From Candidatus Marinacidobacterales bacterium (GTDB taxonomy: Bacteria; Acidobacteriota; Vicinamibacteria; Marinacidobacterales; SMYC01): a DNA stretch of 64,000 nt. Position 1 is the first letter of the stretch, and the number at the start of each line of letters is the position of its first letter. This document shows positions 19,407 through 29,268 of the stretch, one piece after another. The position numbers and the translations under genes were made by a program. The notes under the pieces are model-generated. The model was given only the letters and a program-made list of their open reading frames with translations, was not told the origin of the DNA and searched no databases. Location: the NCBI GenBank assembly GCA_965224085.1, contig CBDCYI010000009.1, forward strand, positions 1 through 64,000. The letters are read 5' to 3'.

Positions 19407-20704
19407 AGTTTTCCACGGCCTGGCGGTCACCCCGAATAAATGAAACGCGGTAGTCTGTGAAGGTGGCACCGGCTCAGAGGTCGGCTTAACGTTGGTGCGA
19501 CTGAGCCCGTTGTCAAGTTTGGCTGGGAGTCCTGCGCGTACCCCAAATTGCGTTTTCTATTCCAGCTGGGATAGTTGAGCGCGTCTATTAGATTACAAGT
19601 TCGTGGGCTCCACGCCGGTGCGACGTGAAGGAGGCTGCGATGAGAGTGGTTCATAAGCGATGCGCCGGATTGGACGTCCACCAGAAATCGATTACGGCTT
19701 GCGTGCGGGTAGCGACGAAGCGGAGGTGGTGCGCGAGACGCGTGTGTTCGGCACGGCCACGAGCGAATTGCTGGAAATGTTGGATTGGCTGGGGCAGTGC
19801 GGTTGCACGATTGTAGCGATGGAAGCGACCGGAGTGTATTGGAAGCCGGTGTGGCATGTGCTCGAAGGTCATTTTGAGTTGGTGTTGGCACAACCGGCCC
19901 ACGTCAAGAACATGCCGGGGTCGTAAGAGCGATATCAGTGATGCCTTGTGGATAGCGGATTTGCTTGCCCATGGTCTCATTCGAGCTAGCTTCGTTCCGC
20001 CAACGCCGATCCAGGAACTGCGAGAGCTGACCCGAACGCGAAAGCAGTTCGTTCGAGAAATCGCTCGGGAGACCCAGCGAATTCAAAAGACGTTGGAAGA
20101 CGCGAACATCAAATTGACGAGCGTGATTAGCACGATTTTGGGAGTAAGCGGGCGGGCGATTCTCCGAGCGATCATTGCGGGAGAAAGCGACCCTCACAAG
20201 CTGAGTGAGCTGGGCTCGAGCCGACTCAAAGCCACTGAACAGGAATTGAGCGCAGCGCTCGAGGGCTACGTTACCGACCATCATCGTTTCCTGTTGGGTT
20301 TTCATCTCAATCATATCGAGCAGCTTGAAGCCTCAGTGAGCGCGCTCGAATCCCGTATCACAGAGAGCCTGCGCCCTTTTCGATCGGCCATCGAGCTTCT
20401 GGTGACGATCCCGGGCATCAGTGAAGCCACGGCGGCCATTCTCGTCGCCGAGATCGGACCCGATGTCTCGGCATTCCCAACGGCCGGACACCTTCGCTCT
20501 TGGGCCGGTCTATGCCCACGGCTTCATGAGAGTGCCGGTAAACGCTTTTCTCAGAAAACCCGCAAAGGGGCTCCATGGCTCAAGACCGCTCTTGTCCAAG
20601 CCGCTTGGGCGGCAAGCCGCAAGCGCGACAGCTATCTGCGTGCCCAGTTCTTCCGGCTCAAATCTCGTCGGGGCCCCAAGAAAGCTGTCGTTGCCGTCGC
20701 CGCC
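19407..20704 (+). mobile_element. IS110 copy 2, two frameshifts (~19724, ~19920), 3'-truncated at a C-type end
   Basis: Near-identical to the reverse complement of 13850-15146. Confidence 0.92.
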
Positions 20705-20860
20705 TGTGCCTTCTATTGATTCATCCGCGCGCATCGAACTGGATTAGTCTCCAGTCTGCCGGCATCATGCCTGCATGATTTCGTCGTTTGTTCGCGCTCT
20801 CATCGCAGCCCTCAAGGCTCGGCCCGAGCTAGCTCTCGGGAAAGTCGCTCTTCGCGCGTC
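20705..20860 (+). mobile_element. Left end (C-type, TGTGCCTTCTATT) and N-terminal remnant of a lineage-3 integrase
   Basis: MISSFVRALIAALKARPELALGKVALR resembles the N-terminus of this transposase group. Confidence 0.65.
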
Positions 20861-21090
20861 TGGAGATTCAGGGTTTAGTCCGACATCTGCTGGTAGCCGC
20901 TTCCGGCTCCCTTCGCGTTTTCAGACACGACGGGGTCCAGGCGCGCCTGTCTTGAGTTCGTTTGTATTCTTGGACACGACGCGAAGAGCGACAGGACTAC
21001 GCCGGCCGTTGCGCGCTGATGTGTGCAACGCCGCAAAAACAGGACGACGCACAACCCGACCTAAACGCGAGGACTGATACTGAACGCGCG

Positions 21091-21287
21091 ATGCGAGGTC
21101 TGATTCTGGTGGCGGTCGGCACCGCCTCTCTTGCCGCCGGCGGTTTCATCGCGCTGAGACGCGCCCACGTGGAACGCGCGCGATCGGGCCGGGTCACCGT
21201 GCCGACGGTCATCGCCGCCTTTGTCGCCTACCTTGGGCCGAGCGTCTGTTCGCTGCTGGCGTCGTGGTGGTCGGCCTGGCTGCTTCC
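21091..21287 (+). pseudogene. Membrane-protein N-terminal fragment cut by a C-type end
   Basis: MRGLILVAVGTASLAAGGFIAL...IAAFVAYLG. Confidence 0.45.
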
Positions 21288-21738
21288 TGTGCCTTCTATT
21301 TATTCATCCGCGCGCACCGAACTTGACTAGTCTCCGGTCTGCCGGGACCATGCCGGCATGATTTCGTCGTTTGTTCGCGCTCTCGTCTCTAGAGGACCTA
21401 GAACCGAGGCCGGGGCTACCGCGGCGCAGCGGGCTAGCACGTTCTGGTCCAGGTGCGGCCCGGGCCTGGACCCAGGTTTCCGCTCGGGAGCGTGGCATCC
21501 CGTCGTGTCCAAAAATACAAACGAACTCTAAGACCCGCACGCCGGGCTGTCGCCGAGTTCATCTATCATCATTAAGAAGAGCGCAACCATCAAGGGCTTG
21601 GCGGCGCGTTTGTGTTTTTGGACACGACGGGGTTCACGACACGACCTTCTTTCAGGCGTCCAGGAGATTGAAATTGCCGTATAGAAAATCTTACTAAAGC
21701 CAATTAAAATCCCGGCTCGAACGACCACCCGTCGATAA
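21287..21738 (+). repeat. ~450-bp block duplicated at 31577-32027; contains the D-D MITE 21499-21631
   Basis: Near-identical sequence by direct comparison. Confidence 0.92.
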
Positions 21739-22090
21739 TGCGTGCGGGGACCAGCACGTGACGGAGGCCGTTAAATCACTGTAGGGGAAGAGGATGTAAC
21801 GAAATTGGCATCATGGTTGAAACCCGAGAGGGCGTAAAACAGCCTTCTCGCAAAACCTGTTCGTACGCGTCAAAAAAGTCCAGAAATGCGCGAAACTCGA
21901 AACCTCCTGAATCTCCACTTATTTTTCTATTTGAGGATTTCCGCCAAAAGCTGGACCACCTTTTGCCGAGACCGGATAGCCAACCTGCACCATCCGCCAC
22001 CCAGTCTGGCCAATTGTGGCACTGCAGAGACGGGTGAGCTTTTCCGCGCCGTTGGCGCGGTTTTGCAGGATCAGGTGGCACCAGAGACGC

Positions 22091-22165
22091 GCTAGAAGGG
22101 CGGACCGGGCCTCATTTCCAGTATTCGTCTCTAATCCCGATTTTCGAGTGCCACGTTTGCGCCAA
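22091..22165. repeat. ~75-bp repeat with an inverted, diverged copy at ~26785-26860
   Basis: GCTAGAAGGGC...TTCGTCTCTAATC.CGATTTTCGAGTGCCA.GTTTGCGCCAA. Confidence 0.7.
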
Positions 22166-22191
22166 AGGGGGGGAGCGAGTCGCTGACAGGG

Positions 22192-22287
22192 CTACCGCGT
22201 GCGTAGACCCGCCTCATATTCACGCCAATTCCTCACGCGATAGGCCTTCTTCACATACTTCCGCTGAGTGCGTTTGAAAATGCTCAT
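22192..22287 (-). pseudogene. IS5-family (IS903-like) transposase N-terminal remnant
   Basis: YRVRNWREYEAGLRTR motif. Confidence 0.7.
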
Positions 22288-22320
22288 GGGGAACCTCGTA
22301 TCCGCGAGTACAGGACAATT

Positions 22321-22575
22321 ATGGACCGAGATCACGAGTTGTGCACCAAGGCAGAAGTGAAGAATCGCAGATGTCTCAATCTCGCATGTCCGTTGCGGGG
22401 CAAAGTCAGTTCCGGAAACATCGTTCGCCACGGATTCTACCGAACCAGGTCCGGGAAACGCCGTCGATACCGGTGCGGCGAGTGCGGAAAGACGTTCTCC
22501 TCGACGAAAGGCACGCCCTACTACCGTCTCCAACATCGAAGAGCTACTTTCGATGTGGTCATCGCTCTCAGAGTA
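22321..22575 (+). pseudogene. IS1/IS1595-like Zn-ribbon transposase remnant
   Basis: CLNLACP...GNIVRHG...RYRCGECGKTFSSTKGTPYY. Confidence 0.7.
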
Positions 22576-22654
22576 GCGGTGCAACAACGCCTCGGGAGCT
22601 ACGAGACCTGTCCTGGGGCCACTCGTGGAGGGCAGGCGGTATTGTCGCACCCTT

Positions 22655-23500
22655 CTACTTTTTCTTGCGCGTCCCGGCGCGAGCCGTCGGCTTCCTGAAC
22701 GGGGTAGAACGTCTACCTGGTTTCCTTCCGGTCTGCCCAGCGCGCCGACTCTTCTTGGCAAGCGGCGCAAGATCGTCATCAGAGACCCCACCCATATCGA
22801 TGTCGACACCGAAGACCGATGACAGCCTGTCGGATTTGAGCACCCTGCCACTCCGGGACTTGTCTCCAGTCGGTGGCTGGTCGACGGCGGCCTCCACCAT
22901 CTCGGCTGGGTCGACACCTCGCAAGGTGAACAGTAGCTCCGGCTCGTGGTCGAGGCGTGCGCCTACGCCGTAGAGCGTCGCCGCCACGTGCTTGCACATG
23001 GTCGCCCAGTCGGGGCACGAGCAACTCAGCGAGATCTCCCGGGGGGCAGGAAACAATCCCTCTCCCTTGCAGGTCACGATCTCCATCACGCCCTTGGAGA
23101 TGGAGCCCTGCAGCAGCTCGACCAGCGAGTCGATTTTGCCTGCACATTGGCCCTTGATGTCGGTCCAGCGCTTCTTCGCCAGGCTTTTGATCTGGGTGTC
23201 CACCTCATAGATGTCGGAGCCGCTGACGAGAGATCGCACACGCCCCGCCTCGATCTGAAGATCGATCACCGAACCGTTGTGCACGTAGGTTCGGCCGCGA
23301 GGCAGGCGGTTCGAGTAGTCGCTGTACGACTCGAGGTTCTTGCACCAAGCATCACCCCAGAAGGTGGTTGCGATCTTGCGGCCCACGATCTCGATCGGTG
23401 AGATCTTGCGTCCGGCTTTTTTCATCTTAGCGACCGTCTTCGCGGCATGACGGCGGCGCGCTGCCACGGAGACGTAAGGGCGCCACGAGTACCAGCCCAT
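22655..23500 (-). CDS. SWIM zinc-finger protein
   Basis: NRLPRGRTY, CSCPDWATMCKHVAATLYGVG. Confidence 0.9.
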   Translation of the reverse strand: MGWYSWRPYVSVAARRRHAAKTVAKMKKAGRKISPIEIVGRKIATTFWGDAWCKNLESYSDYSNRLPRGRTYVHNGSVIDLQIEAGRVRSLVSGSDIYEVDTQIKSLAKKRWTDIKGQCAGKIDSLVELLQGSISKGVMEIVTCKGEGLFPAPREISLSCSCPDWATMCKHVAATLYGVGARLDHEPELLFTLRGVDPAEMVEAAVDQPPTGDKSRSGRVLKSDRLSSVFGVDIDMGGVSDDDLAPLAKKSRRAGQTGRKPGRRSTPFRKPTARAGTRKKK

Positions 23501-23545
23501 GAGCTCACCTCACGCTTTCTTGTGACGAGCGCGTTCGTGCATCTT

Positions 23546-25465
23546 CTATTCCTCCAAGGCGCTGCTCAAGTCGAGGGACACCATAGAGATCAAATCCTCG
23601 TTGCTCATCTCCGTCAAGGCCGACTCCGCACCACCTGAAAGGAGCTTGCCTGCGAGCTTCTGCTTCCCGGCGATCAGTTCGTCGATGCGCTCCTCCACCG
23701 TGCCCCGGCAGATGAACTTGTGAACGAGTACGTTCTTCTTCTGGCCGATGCGAAAGGCGCGATCCGTGGCCTGGTTTTCAACCGCCGGGTTCCACCATCG
23801 GTCAAAATGGATGACATGGGACGCCGCGGTCAGATTGAGCCCAGTACCGCCAGCCTTTAGAGAAAGGACCATGAACGGTACCCGGTCGTCCTCCTGAAAC
23901 CTGTTTACCAGCCCTTGGCGCTTCTTGACCGGCGTTCCGCCATGCAGCACGAGGCCGCCGTGACCGAAGACCTCGGTCAGAAAGCGAGACAGCGGCGCCG
24001 TCATCTCGCGGAACTGGGTGAAGACCAGCACCTTATCCTGGCGCGCGGAGATGGACTCGCAAAGCTCGCGCAGCCGGGCGAGCTTGCCGCTGTCTTCGGC
24101 CTCGTAGCTTCCGTCGCCGAGCCAATGGGACGGGTGATTGCAGATTTGCTTGAAGCGCATCAGAAAGACCAGGACCATACCGCGCCGCTCGATGCCTTCC
24201 AGCTCCTCGATGACCCTCTTCATCTCATCGACCGACTGCTTGTACAGGGCGGCCTGGCGCTTGCTCAGCAGGCAGTAGGCATTGACCTCGGTCTTGTCGG
24301 GCAGATCGGCAATGACTCTCTTGTCGGTCTTGAGCCTTCTTAGAATATACGGTTGCACCAGCCTGCGCAGCGGCGCGTAGCCTCCTTGCTTACCCGACGC
24401 CATGGATTTGCACAGGCCATTGAAGGCCTTCGCCGAGCCTAGCAGCCCCGGATTCAGGAAGTCGAAGATCGACCACAGGTCGCCGAGGCGATTCTCCACC
24501 GGTGTGCCGGTGAGAGCCAGGCGCCACCGCGAGTCCAGTGCTTTGACCACCCTGGTTTGCTTGGCGCTGGGGTTCTTGATGGCCTGGGCCTCGTCGAGGA
24601 TTACGTTCCGCCAGGCATGCGACTTCATCCACTCGGTCCGCATGGCGGTGCCGTAGGTGGTGATCACCGCGTCGTGGGCATCCACCTTCTCCTTTGGCAG
24701 CTTCTTGAGCTCGGGCGAGGGGATGCGCGACGGGTGGGCGATGAGAAACTTCATATGGGGCGCGAAGCGTTCAATCTCCAGGCGCCAGTTGTCGACGAGC
24801 GAGGCCGGCACGACCAGGAGGTCGGTACCCTTCTCCTTGTTGCGCCGGCTCATGGACAGCACACCGAGCACCTGGATGGTTTTCCCCAGGCCCATATCGT
24901 CGGCAAGGCAGCCGCCGAGCTCCAGGCCACGCAGGGTCCAGAGCCACTCCACACCGAGCTTCTGGTAGGGACGGAGCTCGCCCCGCAAGCCCGCGTCCGA
25001 GTCGATCTCGGCCCGTAGCTCAGGCGAGCGCAGCGCGTCGAGCCTTGACGAAAGCCATTTTCCTGCGATGACCTCCGACCATTCCTGTCGAGCGTCCTCG
25101 GTGCCGTTCGAGTCGTCGCCATCGAGCTCGGCGCCAGCCAGCATGCGCATGGCCTCGCCGAAGCTGACTCCGCCGGCCTGGGCCTGCTTTTGCACGTCCC
25201 GCCACTGTTCGAGAACCGCGCCGAGCTTGTCCTGGTCCACCTCGACCCACTTCCCCTTGACCAGCACCAGACCCTCGCTGGCTTCGAGCAGCATATGCCC
25301 GCGCCCCACGTTGAACGCATCGATAATGCGCCGTTGCACTGCGGCGGACAGGCCCGTGCCCTCATCGGGCGAGCCGGGGTGGACGTCAATGCGGCCACTC
25401 GGGGTCAATCCGCAAAGAAGGGTGGCGTTGGCCCCGGTGGCACTATCGTGGAAAAGCTGCCTCAT
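23546..25465 (-). CDS. SNF2-family helicase with an apparent internal N-terminal deletion
   Basis: LRPYQ, LADDMGLGKT, DEAQAIKN, LTGTPVEN, GGTGLNL, WWNPAVENQATDRAFRIGQ. Confidence 0.9.
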   Translation of the reverse strand: MRQLFHDSATGANATLLCGLTPSGRIDVHPGSPDEGTGLSAAVQRRIIDAFNVGRGHMLLEASEGLVLVKGKWVEVDQDKLGAVLEQWRDVQKQAQAGGVSFGEAMRMLAGAELDGDDSNGTEDARQEWSEVIAGKWLSSRLDALRSPELRAEIDSDAGLRGELRPYQKLGVEWLWTLRGLELGGCLADDMGLGKTIQVLGVLSMSRRNKEKGTDLLVVPASLVDNWRLEIERFAPHMKFLIAHPSRIPSPELKKLPKEKVDAHDAVITTYGTAMRTEWMKSHAWRNVILDEAQAIKNPSAKQTRVVKALDSRWRLALTGTPVENRLGDLWSIFDFLNPGLLGSAKAFNGLCKSMASGKQGGYAPLRRLVQPYILRRLKTDKRVIADLPDKTEVNAYCLLSKRQAALYKQSVDEMKRVIEELEGIERRGMVLVFLMRFKQICNHPSHWLGDGSYEAEDSGKLARLRELCESISARQDKVLVFTQFREMTAPLSRFLTEVFGHGGLVLHGGTPVKKRQGLVNRFQEDDRVPFMVLSLKAGGTGLNLTAASHVIHFDRWWNPAVENQATDRAFRIGQKKNVLVHKFICRGTVEERIDELIAGKQKLAGKLLSGGAESALTEMSNEDLISMVSLDLSSALEE

Positions 25466-25916
25466 TGGGTGTTGACCCGCGAGTGCAGCCGACTCTCGGC
25501 AACGTCGGGCAACCCCGCGAGGAAGATGACTTCCGTTCGGTGATTCACGTAGGCCTGGAACATGAACTCAGTCCAGTAGTCTCTCATCATTATTGATCCG
25601 GATTAGGACGAGCCAGTGGGTGGATTCGCTATCAAGACAGTCGATGTCTTCAAAACCCTCAGGGACGAGTTCAACAAAGGGGAGAACTCGCCTTCGGGAC
25701 TCGGCGAGCAGGAGAGCTGTAACGGCCAGCTGGTAGCGAACGCCGGCGACGTTCCGAGCGCCATGGCGCAAGGCGCTCCATAGTGGTCCTTCAAAAGGTG
25801 CGGCGACAGGAGATTGGCCAGAGGTTCGCCTCGTTGGTTTATTCATGCGCTACGAGAAGCAGGCACTTCGCGCGATCGGGATTGTCTGCTGCTTCTTCTT
25901 GCTGACATTGGTGTTG

Positions 25917-26063
25917 TGAACCGTACCGGGTTTCCCGGAGAGTGTTTTAGTTGAGTCTCGCCATCTCTAGGAGCCTTCCTGCGACCGATAGTAGTTCATC
26001 TCGTACTCGACCGGGGGACATTTCCGATCGGCTCCAAGAGTCGTTGCGTGTTGTACCAATGCA
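25917..26063 (-). mobile_element. IS3-family (IS51-like) 3' end remnant
   Basis: IR TGAACCGTACCGGG; encodes WYNTQRLLEPIG..PVEYE; cut at an A-type end. Confidence 0.7.
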
Positions 26064-26211
26064 CCCCGTCCTGTGCCAAAACTCGGCCCTTTTGAAATAG
26101 ACCACAAATCAGCAGCTTAGACGCCCTTGGAATCCGCGCAGAATCCAGGGTATTTCGCGCCGCAGGGCTGACTTCCGACCCATGGCGCTGGCGTTCCCTA
26201 TAGCAACAGCG

Positions 26212-26442
26212 CTAGATCAACGCGCGCCTCAGAATCCGAAGGAGGACGAGCAGAATCAACGGCGAGAAGTCCACCCCAGCCGCCGTTGGCACCAGTCTGC
26301 GAATCGGTGTCAGAGCCGGCTCGGTCAACATCCTGGCGATGCGAACCACCTGGTTGCTTGGCGGGAGCTGAAGCCAGCTGAGGACTACAGCGACGAAGAC
26401 GACAACGGAGTAGTAGTCAATCAGTTTGGCAATCAATAGCAT
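26212..26442 (-). CDS. YggT-family membrane protein
   Basis: VLSW...LTEPALTPIRRLVP...GVDFSPLI. Confidence 0.85.
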   Translation of the reverse strand: MLLIAKLIDYYSVVVFVAVVLSWLQLPPSNQVVRIARMLTEPALTPIRRLVPTAAGVDFSPLILLVLLRILRRALI

Positions 26443-26869
26443 GACTGGACCGGAGTTTACCACGCGGGTTGTCCCTTCCATAAACTCGAGCTGCATGAGA
26501 TTGGCGAACTGCCTCCAACCAGGATGCTTTGGTCGCGTCGTGTCCAAAAACACAAACGCGCTCAAGACCTGCGCTCACGATCACGCCGCAGACCCGGGAA
26601 TAGAGAACGGCACGCCTGTGAATCGGTGCGCCTGGTAACTCGGCCGCCCATCGGTGGTAGGCACGGCTCCAAGTAGTGACCGGGGCACACCCGCTCCGCC
26701 GCGGTAGCCCTGGACTCGATTCTGGACCTCTCGGGCGACCTCTTTTGCGCCGCCGCATGGTCCGGTCAGCGCCTACTCCTTTATTTGGCGCAAACTTGGC
26801 ACTCGAAAATCGAGATTAGAGACGAAAATCGAGAATGAGGCGCTTTCAGCCCTTCTAGCGGTATTGTCA

Positions 26870-27009
26870 AGTTTTCCACGGCCTGACGGCCACCCCGAAT
26901 GAATGAAACGCGGTGGTCTCTGGAGGTGGCACCGGCTCAACACGACGCCTGAGGGAGCTCGGTTTTGACGTCACTGCCCCCAAACGCTACACCCTGAGTT
27001 TCTTATTAG
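26870..27009 (+). mobile_element. Miniature IS110 (both ends retained, interior deleted)
   Basis: AGTTTTCCACGGCC...ACCGGCTCA joined to ACGACGCCT...CCCTGAGTTTCTTATTAG. Confidence 0.85.
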
Positions 27010-27549
27010 TGTCTCTTCCGGGGATGGTCGAAACCCCTCGCCTTTAGGCGAAGAGAAGATCGTGGTATTGTGGTCGCGTGCGTCACTACAGGCACGGAGC
27101 GCACACGAAAACGGACCTAAAAGCGCACATCGTTTGGATACCGAAATATCGTAAAAAGGTTTTGATCGGTCCAGTAGCGGTTCGTGTGCGCGATCTGATT
27201 CGTCAGATCGCGATGGAACATGAGCTGCACATAATCTCGGGTAAGGTTGCACGCGACCACGTCCACGTGTTCGTATCCTACCGACCACACCAGGACCTGA
27301 GTACGATCGTGCAGTGGCTAAAAGGAATAAGCTCCCGAGTACTCCTTCAGGAGTTTGCTCACCTGAGGAAGAAGTTTTGGGGCCGGCACTTCTGGGCCCG
27401 AGGATATCTGGCGGTGAGTTCAGGAAGCATAACGGACGAGATGGTAAAGGAGTACATAGACTCCCAGGATGGCGAGCCTCTTCACGACGACAGTCAATTT
27501 CCAATTGACAGCCCTTGAAGCCACCGCCTTCTAGGCGGTGGTTGTTCAC
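27010..27549 (+). mobile_element. IS200-type element, copy 2 (intact)
   Basis: Identical to 6075-6615 except for one base; inserted after TTAG. Confidence 0.93.
27078..27518 (+). CDS. tnpA: IS200/IS605 Y1 transposase TnpA
   Basis: HIVWIPKYR, DHVH, LKGISSR, FWARGY, KEYI. Confidence 0.95.
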   Translation: MRHYRHGAHTKTDLKAHIVWIPKYRKKVLIGPVAVRVRDLIRQIAMEHELHIISGKVARDHVHVFVSYRPHQDLSTIVQWLKGISSRVLLQEFAHLRKKFWGRHFWARGYLAVSSGSITDEMVKEYIDSQDGEPLHDDSQFPIDSP

Positions 27550-27846
27550 TTGACGTTGAGCGAGCGAACCTATCGCGTCGAGCTGACTTCCTTTGCTCTC
27601 ATCGGACGGCACAGGTTACCTCCTGCCAGACGATGAAAGCGCGGTCTCGTAGCTCCCGATGATGATGCGCTTGCAACAAATGCCGTCCGACGCGAAAGAG
27701 ATTTTGCACGAGTCCATGCACGGTCAAGAATCGTTGCGCCTGCCTCGGCGGTCTGCTCAGGGGTCATCCTATCCTTCACGATATCGCGAGCTTCTCTCGC
27801 ATTTTCATGTCCTCTAGCCCTAGCAAGGCACGGATGGTCGGTCGCG

Positions 27847-28430
27847 CTACGCCTTGTCGAGCTTCGCGTCATAGACCAGCGCGAGCTTCGCCTTCCCGAC
27901 TTCTCGGCGATACTCACTTCGGAGAGCATCGACCCTCTGCCACTCGCCGCCTGCGTCGCGGTAGTACCAGTAGTCCCACCCGTTGCCCGATTTGCTGGTC
28001 ACGGCAGAGAAGGCCTTGCTCGGGCTGTTGTGGTACTCGTCGTTTACCTCCAGTTGTCCGTTGCTCTTTATGCGGCCCCAAACAACTTCGCCCTTGAGCG
28101 ATAGACGCCACTGGTCACCCTCACGGACGAGTCCGGCCTTCAAAAGATCCCCGATAGCAACGCGCTTGCCGTGCGCACTGACGGGTCCCCCCTTGACCCG
28201 ATTGCCGCTTTCCGGCTCGCGGTCCTGGACGGCAGCGTCGGTGTGAATTGCCTCGGCCCCGAGCTCCACCGGGGTCCGGACCAGCGCGAGCTTCGCCTTC
28301 CCGACTTTCCGGCGATACTCACTTCGGAGAGCATCGATCCTCTGCCATTCGCCCCCAGCGTCGCGGTAGTGCCAGTAGTACCACCCGTTGCCCGGTTTGC
28401 TGGTCACGGCAGAGAAGGCCTTGCTCGGGT
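27847..28430 (-). pseudogene. Tandem RAMA-like (modified-DNA reader) domains, 5'-truncated
   Basis: DLLKAGLV...G.I..G.L...SPSKAF...NGWDYW; ~150-bp direct repeat at 27874-28025 and 28280-28430. Confidence 0.7.
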
Positions 28431-28564
28431 TACCGTGACCCTCGTTGTTAACCTAGGGAGTCGGCTTCCTCACCTATCTCAAGGGGCGAAAAGCCGGGCG
28501 GCGTTATCCGGTGAAGGAGTTTCAAACGAGTTGGTTCTCGTTAGACAACCAGCGCCATACGTAT

Positions 28565-29218
28565 CTGCGTCTGGCGGTTAGCGAAGCCTCGACGCATTGG
28601 GGCTCCATGCTGGATGGACTCCAGGCTCAAGGACTCCGGGCTCCCAAGCTAGTGATTAGCGATGGCCACAAGGGGCTGACGAAAGCGCTCGAGAAGTGGC
28701 CGGGGTGCCGGGTGCAGCGATGTACCGAGCACAAGCGCGCCAACTTGCTCGAACATTGCCCGGCGCACGCACGCCGTGAGCTCCGGCGTGACTACAACCG
28801 GATCGTCTACGCCAAGAACGGGATCGATGCTCGCAAAGCCTATGACGAACTCGTCGCCAAGTGGACGCCTCTCACACCGGCCGTCGTCCGAAGCCTAGAG
28901 GAGGCCGGTAATCAGCTGCTGACCTTTTACGAATTCCCTCGTGTCATGTGGAAATCGATTCGCACGACCAATGCTCTGGAGAATCTCAACCGCGAGTTTC
29001 GACGTCGGACGAAAACCCAAGCGTCGTTCTCCAGCGAGGAGTCCGCGGTCGCTTTGCTGTTTGGGCTTATCGCCTCTGGCCAGATTCAACTACGGCGCAA
29101 CGACGGCTACCAAGGTCTGAGCGAGGTTCTCAAACACGCGGAGGTTGCCGCCTGATCTGATACCCTGATGACGGAGTGGAGGGCGCCGTTCTTTTTCCAC
29201 GAACCTCGGGACACATCC
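28565..29218 (+). mobile_element. IS256 copy 2, 3' half only
   Basis: Near-identical to 2705-3358. Confidence 0.92.
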
Positions 29219-29268
29219 ATTTTTTGCGGAGTACACCGGGCTAGCGTTTAGAATGAGATTCCCTTTCG

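Noticed and set aside
19720-19925. Programmed frameshifts in IS110 copy 2 and IS200 copy 1
   Set aside because: Intact sister copies lack these indels, so they are mutations or sequencing errors
25568-25846. 92-aa ORF and similar short ORFs at 15234-15740 and 27570-27929
   Set aside because: No recognisable motifs; likely chimeric remnants (only a short Sel1-like tail, MTPEQTAEA, near 27745-27810)
27874-28430. DGR template/variable repeat pair
   Set aside because: No reverse transcriptase, differences are not adenine-specific, and both repeats are in-frame domain copies
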